From: a virus
Direction: 5' to 3' (one strand)
DNA: 64,000 nucleotides
IMG/VR virus record: IMGVR_UViG_3300035670_000099
Coordinates: 1 to 64,000 of that record
The notes under the pieces were generated by a model. The model was not told where the DNA came from. It was given only the letters and a program-made list of their open reading frames with translations, and searched no databases. This document shows positions 1-8,194 of this stretch, one piece after another. The position numbers were made by a program, and so were the translations under genes. The number at the start of each line of letters is the position of its first letter. Positions within the stretch are counted from its first letter, which is position 1.

Positions 1-4
1 GCTT

Positions 5-388
5 CTACTCTATCTCCACCTCCCCAAAATAATCTCTTAACTCTTTAACACTCTCTCTGTCTACTATCGCTCCGCTTAAATTAGCTCCCTCTACTATCAC
101 TCCATGCAAACTCGCTCCTCTTAAATCTGCTCCATGTAAACTCGCTCCTGTTAAGTTCGTGTTTGTTAAGTCTGCATACATTAAATTTGCGTTAGATAGA
201 TTTGCTCCTGTCAAGTCGGCTCCCACCAGCTTGGCAAATCTCAAGTCAGTAAAATTGAACGACGCAAATGATGCGTCTGCTCCTGTTAGATTTGCTCCAC
301 TCATGTCAACGAAGTCAAACCGCAAGTTCTGCAAGTTGACTCCAACTAGACTCTCCCCACTCAAATCTGTGCTGTTCAAATCTCTCAT
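5..388 (-). CDS. Pentapeptide-repeat protein
   Basis: Almost entirely A(D/N)LxG-type pentapeptides (ADLTG ANLSN ANLMY ADLTN...). Confidence 0.92.
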   Translation of the reverse strand: MRDLNSTDLSGESLVGVNLQNLRFDFVDMSGANLTGADASFASFNFTDLRFAKLVGADLTGANLSNANLMYADLTNTNLTGASLHGADLRGASLHGVIVEGANLSGAIVDRESVKELRDYFGEVEIE

Positions 389-759
389 TTTGGCTCTCCA
401 AAGTAATTAGTAATGTTTGTTATGTCGATTGTTGCGTTGAACAAATTTGCACCTTCTAAGTTAGCTCCTGTTAAATTTGCTCCTGTTAAATCAGCTTCTT
501 TTAAGTTTGCATACGCCAGATTTGCGTTGCTCAAATCAGCATTCACCAGATTGGTGTATCTGAAATCAGCTCCCCTGCAATCAGCATTGCTTAAATTGGC
601 ATTAGTCAAATCAGCATACTTGAAAGAAGTAAACTTTGCATCTACTCCACTTAAATTAGCTCCCCTTAGCTCTCCCATTGAAAAGCTGCTGTTAGACAAG
701 TCTTTTCCACTTAAATCTTGTCCAACAAAATCTTCTCCAAAATAATCTTGATTGTTCAT
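385..759 (-). CDS. Pentapeptide-repeat protein, tandem paralog of 5-388
   Basis: ADLTN ANLSN ADCRG... repeats and a shared YFGE C-terminal motif. Likely start is ATG 759 (MNNQDY), not 921. Confidence 0.9.
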   Translation of the reverse strand: MNNQDYFGEDFVGQDLSGKDLSNSSFSMGELRGANLSGVDAKFTSFKYADLTNANLSNADCRGADFRYTNLVNADLSNANLAYANLKEADLTGANLTGANLEGANLFNATIDITNITNYFGEPK

Positions 760-784
760 GTTGCTCTTATGCGGTGTTGACATT

Positions 785-817
785 AAAAAACCTGGAAATC
801 GTCCAGGTGCGTTTTTT
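785..817 (-). terminator. Putative intrinsic terminator
   Basis: acctgga-aatcg-tccaggt stem with an adjacent A-run (U-tract on the minus strand). Confidence 0.5.
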
Positions 818-1100
818 AGATTGTTATTACCTTTCCCCTGTTGGGGCCAGACATGATAGTCGCCTTTCCTGGGAAGTATTTCGACACCTTCGCACAATCT
901 GTCGTGCGTGTGTCTGTGCATCCGACTACGGCAGCGTCGAGAAATCCGCTGTAGTCGAGTATGTTGCCTGACTCATTTACAAACTCAACAACGATTAGGT
1001 TCTCGTTATTGAGTTTGATTTGTTCTCCGATGAACTTGTGGCAGTCATCGGATGAACGGAGATTCAAGCTGGACGGTACTTGAATTTTTTTATAGTACAT
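816..1100 (-). CDS. Hypothetical early protein
   Basis: ORF with AAGGAG Shine-Dalgarno upstream of ATG 1100. Confidence 0.7.
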   Translation of the reverse strand: MYYKKIQVPSSLNLRSSDDCHKFIGEQIKLNNENLIVVEFVNESGNILDYSGFLDAAVVGCTDTRTTDCAKVSKYFPGKATIMSGPNRGKVITI

Positions 1101-1110
1101 GATTTCTCCT

Positions 1111-1479
1111 TTAGTGGTAGCAGTCGTCAATGTCCAGATTTGGATCTGGAATGTACACAACTTCTGGGTGACTCCAAATCAAACCCTTCTGCTGATTCCA
1201 GAAGTTAGCGACGTTAAAGCCGCTTCCTTTTTCTGGAACGACATCAAACTGCAACTCCCACGGGGTGGGCTTAATTGCCACCGCGTGATAGGTGTGTTTG
1301 CCAGTTTTCCAGCGCAGTCTTCCCACATGCTCCATTGCTGGAGCAGCAAAGAATGCCGCTTCATCACTGACTTCGACATCAGTGTCAAAGTCATCACCTT
1401 CTGACTGGGCAGCGGCAGCGAATAATTCGTGCCACTCATTTTCGACATAGGTGTATTCCAACTCTTGGTAGAATTTCAC
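1111..1479 (-). CDS. Hypothetical acidic early protein
   Basis: GTG start with GGAG SD, directly downstream of promoter cassette A. Confidence 0.75.
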   Translation of the reverse strand: MKFYQELEYTYVENEWHELFAAAAQSEGDDFDTDVEVSDEAAFFAAPAMEHVGRLRWKTGKHTYHAVAIKPTPWELQFDVVPEKGSGFNVANFWNQQKGLIWSHPEVVYIPDPNLDIDDCYH

Positions 1480-1507
1480 TGCTTTCGTCTCCGTTCACTA
1501 CTCTTTT

Positions 1508-1553
1508 ATCATAAACTACTTTTATTTTATCGTCAAGGGGTTTAGAAAAAAAA
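1508..1553 (-). promoter_or_regulatory. Conserved early sigma70-type promoter cassette A
   Basis: TTGACG-N17-TATGAT. Spacer (AAAAGTAGTT) and upstream TTTTTCTAAACCCC are shared with the other copies. Confidence 0.8.
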
Positions 1554-1564
1554 TGTTTTGGATG

Positions 1565-1651
1565 CAAAAAGTGCTTTACAGCTAATCCAAATTACAACTT
1601 TTAGTTTCCAAAACCCTTGCAAAATCAACAAAAAGTGCTTTACAGCTAATC
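1565..1651. repeat. 23-bp perfect direct repeat, two copies, 41-bp spacer
   Basis: CAAAAAGTGCTTTACAGCTAATC at 1565-1587 and 1629-1651. Confidence 0.9.
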
Positions 1652-1783
1652 TTTCTCCTTTTGCTTTTCCATTTCGCGCATTAGCTCCTGCAAAGCTATT
1701 GCTAATGCGCGTAACTCTTTGAGTGTTTGAGCGTCTATGATGATTTCACAGACTAACTCTCCACTCTCTGCACCAGCTTTCAA
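1646..1783 (-). CDS. Small helical hypothetical protein (~45 aa, not in ORF track)
   Basis: Open frame ...EIIIDAQTLKELRALAIALQELMREMEKQKEKD*. TTG start is uncertain. Confidence 0.4.
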   Translation of the reverse strand: MKAGAESGELVCEIIIDAQTLKELRALAIALQELMREMEKQKEKD

Positions 1784-2036
1784 ACTCTGGTGATTGCATC
1801 GTCATTCCATGAGGCAACACATACCTTGCCTCAATCTCAGTCTTGTATAAGTGCCTCCCATTAACAGCTTTAGCAGCTGCTAATCCAGCCTTGGTGGCTG
1901 GAAAGTATCTATTCTGTTCTTCTAGCTCGTCATCGCCTAAGACGATGACAGAAACACAATAGCATGGGATTAGTCTGTCTTTGAAGACAGACAATCTATT
2001 GGCATGCCATTGTGCTGGACGTTCTAATGCTTTCAT
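1746..2036 (-). CDS. Hypothetical protein
   Basis: AGGAG SD before ATG 2036; alternative start at 2138. Confidence 0.65.
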   Translation of the reverse strand: MKALERPAQWHANRLSVFKDRLIPCYCVSVIVLGDDELEEQNRYFPATKAGLAAAKAVNGRHLYKTEIEARYVLPHGMTMQSPEFESWCREWRVSL

Positions 2037-2122
2037 TTTTCTCCTGTGGGTGTAAACAGCTCCCACGACTGCCTTTCGGCAGTTTCGTCTACCGCTGCTA
2101 GTAGACTCGTCAGGTGGGTGGA

Positions 2123-3286
2123 TTATTTTGCTGCCCACTTCTCAAATGATTTAACAGGTAACGAGCGCTTCTGTCTGTCAAGCACGTATTCATCATACGC
2201 ATTCAGAATACTCGTTTTAGCCGCTATCTTGGCTTCTTTCTCGCCAAGTCTTAGCTCTATTTGTGCCAGGACAGCAGCTTCATCACTGCCTAGCTCCTTG
2301 GATTTATAGCGATCAACGGCATTTAGTCCGTTCCTGCGATCGTCCATTGACTCGATAACTTGTCCCATCTCTGGGTTCCAGAAATAGGAGACAACGTAAT
2401 CGTCTCCCACCCAAAAACGCTGCTTACCAGCGTTTCTTTTTATTTTTGCAAACCAGTCGGGTACTGGTACTGCTGCTGCTTTCTTTGCAGCTTCTTCTTT
2501 TCTCTGTATATCGTATTGTTCATTGAGCATTCTTTGATGCTCAATCGTTTTGACAAATCCATCCCATGTCATATTCTCCCGTTGGAGAAATTCGTACACC
2601 CATTTCTGGATATACTTTAATACTTCTTTCTCACTCCAGATGTGAGTGAAGTTTTCATCCGCCCAGACGGTAGTGCCATCTTTATGGCGGTATTCATAAC
2701 GAGTTTCATAATCGTTATGAATATAGGTGTTATTACGCATACCGTCTCCTTCCACTAGAGATGGTATGGCTATTTCTTTCTTTCTCCCTGTTGGAGAGAA
2801 TCTTTGTCCCCAGTACTTTCTTGGTAGATTATTTACTACCGAACCAACTGCTTCCTCGATTGAGGAAGCAGCGATAATAGCTGCTTTGTATCCTGGACAC
2901 GCGTACTTATCCCAGTCGGATAAGCACGCAAAGTTTTTCTCTACTTCTTCTAGTAGAGAATTTTTACTTTCATCTTCCCAGCTAATCAACTGGGAAATTC
3001 TATCAGCATCAGTATCTATGCTTCCATAGATACTGATTTCTACTTCTTCCCAGTTTATATCTTCTGGGTTTTGGGATATTGTTAATATCCCGTTTATTAG
3101 CTTCCCATTTAAATGGGAAGCTAGTCTCTTTTGTATGTCTATGTGTAACTGATTACACTTTATTTTATAACTCATTTGTTCCTCCAATAATTTCTCAGCG
3201 TCCAGCAGTGGGAGGATATACCGCCGGCATCCAGCTTTTACTAGCACTGTGTATTTTGCTATTTGTCTCTGAATCGCCGTCGTCAT
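2123..3286 (-). CDS. Hypothetical early protein (387 aa)
   Basis: Long ORF with SD, downstream of promoter cassette B. Confidence 0.85.
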   Translation of the reverse strand: MTTAIQRQIAKYTVLVKAGCRRYILPLLDAEKLLEEQMSYKIKCNQLHIDIQKRLASHLNGKLINGILTISQNPEDINWEEVEISIYGSIDTDADRISQLISWEDESKNSLLEEVEKNFACLSDWDKYACPGYKAAIIAASSIEEAVGSVVNNLPRKYWGQRFSPTGRKKEIAIPSLVEGDGMRNNTYIHNDYETRYEYRHKDGTTVWADENFTHIWSEKEVLKYIQKWVYEFLQRENMTWDGFVKTIEHQRMLNEQYDIQRKEEAAKKAAAVPVPDWFAKIKRNAGKQRFWVGDDYVVSYFWNPEMGQVIESMDDRRNGLNAVDRYKSKELGSDEAAVLAQIELRLGEKEAKIAAKTSILNAYDEYVLDRQKRSLPVKSFEKWAAK

Positions 3287-3317
3287 CTTCCTACTCCTGA
3301 ACTTTGTTTACTCCTTT

Positions 3318-3364
3318 AATATAAACTACCTTTTATTTTATTGTCAAGGGGTTTAGAAAAATTT
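3318..3364 (-). promoter_or_regulatory. Early promoter cassette B
   Basis: TTGACA-N18-TATATT, nearly identical to cassette A. Confidence 0.8.
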
Positions 3365-3374
3365 CTTTTTTAAT

Positions 3375-3396
3375 AACCCACCCCTTGGGTGGGTTT
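3375..3396. terminator. Intrinsic terminator hairpin
   Basis: aacccacc-ccttg-ggtgggtt just past the stop of 3400-3996. Confidence 0.6.
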
Positions 3397-3399
3397 ACT

Positions 3400-3996
3400 T
3401 TAATCTCTATCGTCCCAATGACTAACTCTTGTCTCTCTGTTGGGTTTTATCCACTCCATTGACTGGATTTCTTCCAACTCCAAGAACTGCTCTCTCCACT
3501 TCATCAGTTCTTGTTCATCCACCATCTCCGCATCAGCAGAGTTGATTGACATTATCATCTCTTTTATCGTCATGTACTCACACACGACAATCTCTACACT
3601 GTTGTCATACTTCACTATCCCTATGTCTGGGCCGTCTCTTAACACCATCCTGATTTTGAGTTTGTGTGTTAATACATCAGATAAGAAGTCTCTAGCAGCA
3701 AACCGGAAATTTAAATACGCCGCTAAAGCAATGATTTGCCCCCTCCTGGGGGAGAGTTCTCCCGCCACAGCAGGTAGTTCCTCAGCTTCCTCTACCGTCT
3801 CTAGAACGTATTCCAGAGACGGTGCATAGCACTCGTCTACTTGCTCAAAGCTGAGTCTTCCATCACAATAAGTCATTCTTACTGCATATTGCTTCATCGC
3901 TATGACTGCGCATAGCTTGTGAAATGCAGTATTTTCCCCGCTAAGGGAGAATTTTTTAACCAATTCTTGAGATTGTTTATAGCTTAATGTCTTCAT
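3400..3996 (-). CDS. Hypothetical early protein
   Basis: ORF with GAGGG SD, downstream of promoter cassette C. Confidence 0.8.
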   Translation of the reverse strand: MKTLSYKQSQELVKKFSLSGENTAFHKLCAVIAMKQYAVRMTYCDGRLSFEQVDECYAPSLEYVLETVEEAEELPAVAGELSPRRGQIIALAAYLNFRFAARDFLSDVLTHKLKIRMVLRDGPDIGIVKYDNSVEIVVCEYMTIKEMIMSINSADAEMVDEQELMKWREQFLELEEIQSMEWIKPNRETRVSHWDDRD

Positions 3997-4030
3997 AATT
4001 CCCTCTCTTGTCTAAAATATTTATTCTTTC

Positions 4031-4078
4031 AAGATAAACTACTTTTTATTAATTGTCAAGCACTTTAGAAAAATTTTT
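4031..4078 (-). promoter_or_regulatory. Early promoter cassette C
   Basis: TTGACA-N17-TATCTT with the conserved AAAAGTAGTT spacer. Confidence 0.75.
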
Positions 4079-4112
4079 TACACCAAAAACTAATATCTGC
4101 TATAATATATAC

Positions 4113-4204
4113 ACCCTGCTGCTTGCGAAGTTTCAAGTTCCACTTAAAATACGCCTAAACGCAATCTATTGATATGCTACAGGCATAGCAAGAGCGGGGT
4201 TTTT
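4113..4204 (+). ncRNA. Candidate structured small RNA (~90 nt)
   Basis: Extended -10 TGcTATAAT at 4098-4106. 5' accctgctgcttgc pairs with 3' gcaagagcggggt, followed by TTTT; internal stem; no ORF. Confidence 0.45.
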
Positions 4205-4451
4205 AATTAGACAGTAACATTCGGTACTGAAATTCTCTATTAAGCCAAAAGCTAGATGTACTACCAAGCACTTGTTCTAGTCTAGCTGCCACATCTTTAT
4301 CGATTAACGCTTCACCACCAATTAATTGATTTGTATATTCAATTGTGTAATTCAATTGCTGTGACAACTGCTCTATTGTCCAGCCGCGCTCTTCTGCTAT
4401 ATCCAATATTGTGTCCCCTGGGGGAGAAATCCAGCTGTTAGTAATTTGCAT
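4203..4451 (-). CDS. HigA-like (addiction-module antidote) XRE HTH protein
   Basis: SPPGDTILD...GWT.EQLS...A.RLEQVLG.SSFWLNRE.QY matches the HigA-family signature. Confidence 0.8.
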   Translation of the reverse strand: MQITNSWISPPGDTILDIAEERGWTIEQLSQQLNYTIEYTNQLIGGEALIDKDVAARLEQVLGSTSSFWLNREFQYRMLLSN

Positions 4452-4532
4452 GGTTAATTGCTTGGTGAGCAAAACTCTCCTAAGAAAGTTTTGCTACAAT
4501 AGTAAAATCCACCCTTTTTTGGAGCTACTATC

Positions 4533-5324
4533 ATGAAATCTATTATAGCACAGATTGATCTTGGTTTTGCAACAGTTGAAGGATTAATGTTGCCAGACGG
4601 AACTTATGCTGTTTCTGTCCCTCAGATTGCTAAGTTGTTTTCGTTAGAATCTTCAAATGCTGCTAGAGATGTTAAAAATTTAGTCAAAAATAGCACTTTA
4701 GTTAATCTCGTCAACTGTGGACAAGAAAAACAGAGCAAACCTAGTCACAGTAAGGATTCCAGACTCGTCATAGAAGAAGAATTATTTTCGGCTAACACTG
4801 AAAAAGATGTTACTTTTGATATTGTCCGTCAAACACAAATAGAAGGACAAAGACATAAAATTAACATCATTTCCTTGGAAGATTTTTCTAAAGTTATATA
4901 TGAACTGCAAAAGAAAGGTAATCCTGTTGCAGATGCTTTCTTGCGAGCGCTAATAATAGAAGGAATAGAACGCAGGTTTGATAAAGCATTTGGCAAGTTT
5001 GTAGAAGAACAAGAACGCAATAGCAGAATACGACTTCGGATGGAACGTATATTAGCTAGAACAGAATGGACTGATACTTTGATGAACAGAAGTCTAAAAT
5101 TGTATGGAGTAAAGCCAAAAGCACAAGACTACCAAAGATGGACTGTTTACGTAAACAAGATGTTGTTTAATCAACCACACTTTCAATGTGATAGAGACAC
5201 TATGAGTGAAGAAGAACAGAAAATAATAAAAGCATTTGAGACAACGGCTAGCTTTAAAGCTAAAAAATATCCAAATGCTACTCCGGACGAGATAATAACT
5301 ATGGCTGTAAATGTCTTTCTGTAA
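4533..5324 (+). CDS. Putative DNA-binding / antirepressor-like protein
   Basis: N-terminal VEGLMLPDGTYAVSVPQIAKLF resembles cyanobacterial P63C/KilA-like antirepressor N-termini. GGAG SD. Confidence 0.5.
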   Translation: MKSIIAQIDLGFATVEGLMLPDGTYAVSVPQIAKLFSLESSNAARDVKNLVKNSTLVNLVNCGQEKQSKPSHSKDSRLVIEEELFSANTEKDVTFDIVRQTQIEGQRHKINIISLEDFSKVIYELQKKGNPVADAFLRALIIEGIERRFDKAFGKFVEEQERNSRIRLRMERILARTEWTDTLMNRSLKLYGVKPKAQDYQRWTVYVNKMLFNQPHFQCDRDTMSEEEQKIIKAFETTASFKAKKYPNATPDEIITMAVNVFL

Positions 5325-5331
5325 ATAATCA

Positions 5332-5359
5332 AAAAGCCTAGGACGTATCCTAGGCTTTG
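5332..5359. terminator. Bidirectional intrinsic terminator
   Basis: aaagcctagga-cgta-tcctaggcttt between convergent genes. Confidence 0.75.
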
Positions 5360-5363
5360 TTCG

Positions 5364-5885
5364 TTAACCGTTAACTATCTTTTCCCATTTTTTGAGATCA
5401 TCCAGATGAATCTCATCAAATGTCTGGTATTTGTCTTCATAGATATAGTATTTCCAATCATTCAAACTTTTGGTTGTCTCCTCTGGATTATTCTTAATTG
5501 CCAAGATATACAGCTTATCTGGCAAAACTTTATGAAATAAGAAGTCTTGTATATAGACTCCAGGGTGCCAATGTTTGACAGCATTTCTGACATCTTGCGA
5601 TAATGTTTTGGAGCAAGATTCAATAACAATTGATCTGTTTGTGTGACAGATTAACCAATTGCTTTTTTCTTCTGGACTAATGTTGAAGATGTTATCAGCC
5701 ACATCGGATTGACTAACACCATTAAAATATAAGTCAACTTTCTGTTCTTTCTTGAAAATCACTTGCAAAGGTTTTTCGCCCTTTGCTTTGTGTTCCCACA
5801 CCTGATAGTCACCGCAATTGATTTTGCGGCACTCGTAATGGGTTAATGTTTTTACCGTTCCAGTGCCGTTGATATATACAAACAT
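5364..5885 (-). CDS. Hypothetical protein
   Basis: GAGG SD and its own consensus promoter. Confidence 0.75.
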   Translation of the reverse strand: MFVYINGTGTVKTLTHYECRKINCGDYQVWEHKAKGEKPLQVIFKKEQKVDLYFNGVSQSDVADNIFNISPEEKSNWLICHTNRSIVIESCSKTLSQDVRNAVKHWHPGVYIQDFLFHKVLPDKLYILAIKNNPEETTKSLNDWKYYIYEDKYQTFDEIHLDDLKKWEKIVNG

Positions 5886-5911
5886 TGTGTTACCTCTTAA
5901 ATATTACTTAG

Positions 5912-5940
5912 ATTATAATATTAAAAACAAAAACTGTCAA
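5912..5940 (-). promoter_or_regulatory. Perfect sigma70 consensus promoter
   Basis: TTGACA-N17-TATAAT on the minus strand. Confidence 0.85.
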
Positions 5941-5953
5941 TAGATTTATAATA

Positions 5954-5978
5954 AAAACCTCCTAAAAAAGGAGGTTTA
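5954..5978. terminator. Intrinsic terminator
   Basis: aaacctcct-aaaaa-aggaggttt after the 5982 gene. Confidence 0.65.
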
Positions 5979-5981
5979 ATT

Positions 5982-6362
5982 TTAGTTCCAAAATCTTGTT
6001 TTATTAAAACTCGCGTTATCCAAATTAGTTTTTTGAATAGTGCAACGCCTTAAATCTGCTTTTTTCAGATTGGCATTTTTGAATATTGTCCCATTCAAAT
6101 CAGAGTAAGACAAAATTGCTTCCTCTAAATTAGCGTCTGTAAAATTAGCATTTTTTAAATCAGCGCCTTTTAATATAGCACCATTCAATTTAGCGTTAAC
6201 TAAAATGGCATTACTTAAAACAGCGCCTGTTAAATTAGCGTTTGTCAAGTTAGCGTTTGTTAAGTCAGCACTTGTCAAATTAGCACCTATCAAATTAGCA
6301 TTTGATAAGTCGTATCCTTTCAAGTCAGCGTAACTTAAGTCAGTGTATTCGAGACTTTCCAT
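5982..6362 (-). CDS. Pentapeptide-repeat protein
   Basis: ANLIG ANLTS ADLTN ANLTN ANLTG... over the full length. Confidence 0.92.
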   Translation of the reverse strand: MESLEYTDLSYADLKGYDLSNANLIGANLTSADLTNANLTNANLTGAVLSNAILVNAKLNGAILKGADLKNANFTDANLEEAILSYSDLNGTIFKNANLKKADLRRCTIQKTNLDNASFNKTRFWN

Positions 6363-6396
6363 ATTTGTTTAATCCTTAATTATCTTAACTATTTTA

Positions 6397-6798
6397 TCAA
6401 AAATTTTTGACATATTTCTTAGCGTAAGTTTTGTATTTAACCACCTCCTTTAAATAAGTTTCTGGTGCAATAATCACAACTTCTGTTCTGTCTTCATGCT
6501 TGGTAAGTGATTCTACAAGTCCTTCCACAAGTGCTTTAAATGCTGTTTTTTGCCTATCATTAGAAACTAATTGGGAAAACATACTATCCAAGTTCTTGAA
6601 TACTCCAACGCTTTTATTTAAGTCTGTGGAAAATAGCATTATTCCCCATTGTTGTATCCACCGTTGTTCGGTATAGTTTTCCTCAATCAGTATTCTAGTA
6701 ATAATATGTCTTCTTACAGGTGTTAATATCTCTACTACTGTGTGTCCTGGGTAAATTGCAGCTACATCAATTTCTTGAGTGTAAACACTTACAGTCAT
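6397..6798 (-). CDS. Hypothetical protein
   Basis: ORF; likely ATG 6798 (MTVSVY). Confidence 0.7.
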   Translation of the reverse strand: MTVSVYTQEIDVAAIYPGHTVVEILTPVRRHIITRILIEENYTEQRWIQQWGIMLFSTDLNKSVGVFKNLDSMFSQLVSNDRQKTAFKALVEGLVESLTKHEDRTEVVIIAPETYLKEVVKYKTYAKKYVKNF

Positions 6799-6823
6799 AT
6801 ATCTACCTATAGTTTTGACATTA

Positions 6824-7090
6824 CTATAGCTTGTTTTGCCAATGGTTGCCAAATACTCTAATACCACCAGAAGCAAAAGACATTATGGCTATGGTTAATG
6901 CCAATTTATTGAATATTTCAGCAGCAGCATTTTCCTTCTTTCTTGCATCAGCAAGTAGCGTGTCACCAAGAGACTCAATTAATTCTTCTATGTTGCCTGA
7001 AATAGGTGGTAAATAACCTAATTTCTTTATCTGAAGCACATGTAAAGGCACTGCGCACTTCAAAAACGTTAATACTTGGTTTTCCATCAT
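6824..7090 (-). CDS. Hypothetical phage protein
   Basis: AAGGAG SD, downstream of promoter cassette D. Confidence 0.75.
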   Translation of the reverse strand: MMENQVLTFLKCAVPLHVLQIKKLGYLPPISGNIEELIESLGDTLLADARKKENAAAEIFNKLALTIAIMSFASGGIRVFGNHWQNKL

Positions 7091-7116
7091 AATATCTCCT
7101 TAATTACTCGTTATTC

Positions 7117-7165
7117 AATATAAACTACTTTTATTTTAATGTCAAGTGTTTTCTGAAAAATATTT
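7117..7165 (-). promoter_or_regulatory. Early promoter cassette D
   Basis: TTGACA-N17-TATATT with the conserved AAAATAAAAGTAGTT spacer. Confidence 0.8.
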
Positions 7166-7283
7166 TAAATTTACACAACATTTATTACTCAATAATCTAA
7201 AAAAAACAACATTAGCTAGTCTAATATTGTTTTTCTTATGTTAATCTAGTTTTTGTATTCATGTAATTCAATTTATTTTAAAA

Positions 7284-8126
7284 ATGAAACCATTAATTAG
7301 TTATTACGGCGGCAAACAAAGATTAGCATCTAAAATTGTTTCTTATTTACCAAACCATAATATTTATGTTGAGCCATTTTGTGGTGGCGCAGCAGTTCTT
7401 TTTGCTAAAGGTATTCCATATACAAATAGAAAATGTACATACAAAGAAGTAATTAATGATACTCAAGAATTACTAATAAATATGTATAGACAAGCTATTT
7501 TACATAAAGATGAATTTGAAATAATGATACAATCTACGATGTTTTCACAATCTGATCACAAAAGATCAAGAACAATCTTAAAAAATCCTCAAGAATACAA
7601 TGACTTAGATAAGGCGTGGGCTTATTTTTTTAATATCAATACTTCTTTTGCAAATAAATTATTCGGAGGATGGGGAATCTCTCGCGATCCAAATAGTTGT
7701 CCATCCCAAGAATGGATTAATCATAAACAAAGAATTTCTGCTATTTTAAATAGAATATCTGCTATTCATGCTTCTTGTGAAGATGCTTTGGATTGCATAA
7801 AAAGATGGGATAGTCCTAACACTTTGTTTTATGTAGACCCACCATACATAAATACAGATTGTGGACATTATAAAAAATATTCAATTGAAGATTATAGAAA
7901 TTTGTGTAATTTATTAGATACAATTCAAGGTAAATATGTTTTATCCGGTTATCAACAAGAAATCGAACCAAAATCTTTTCATCAAAAAATTAATTTTAAA
8001 GCAACAATGAGTGCAACAGGAGCAGGTAAAACTAGATTGCAAAAAAAGGTAAACAGTAAAAATGAGCGAGTTGAAATTATATATGTTCATGATAAAGATG
8101 CAAAAATTTTTAATTTAGAAAATTGA
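7284..8126 (+). CDS. DNA adenine methyltransferase (D12/Dam class)
   Basis: YYGGKQRL, EPFCGG (motif I), EVIND and DPPY (motif IV). Confidence 0.9.
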   Translation: MKPLISYYGGKQRLASKIVSYLPNHNIYVEPFCGGAAVLFAKGIPYTNRKCTYKEVINDTQELLINMYRQAILHKDEFEIMIQSTMFSQSDHKRSRTILKNPQEYNDLDKAWAYFFNINTSFANKLFGGWGISRDPNSCPSQEWINHKQRISAILNRISAIHASCEDALDCIKRWDSPNTLFYVDPPYINTDCGHYKKYSIEDYRNLCNLLDTIQGKYVLSGYQQEIEPKSFHQKINFKATMSATGAGKTRLQKKVNSKNERVEIIYVHDKDAKIFNLEN

Positions 8127-8194
8127 AATTTTAAACACCAACTATTGTCAATATGTTTGTGATATACTAAATAAGTAACATTTGTATTAATACT

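Noticed and set aside
159-745. Plus-strand ORFs 159-410 and 413-745, and similar antisense ORFs throughout the window
   Set aside because: Shadow frames of repetitive or real genes on the opposite strand, with no SD or motifs.
816-1100. RadC/JAB-like protein
   Set aside because: Only a faint N-terminal resemblance; the HxHPSG metal motif is absent.
1565-1651. CRISPR mini-array
   Set aside because: Only two 23-bp repeats, no GTTT/GAAAC-type ends, no cas gene in the window, and one repeat overlaps a stop codon. Kept only as a direct repeat.
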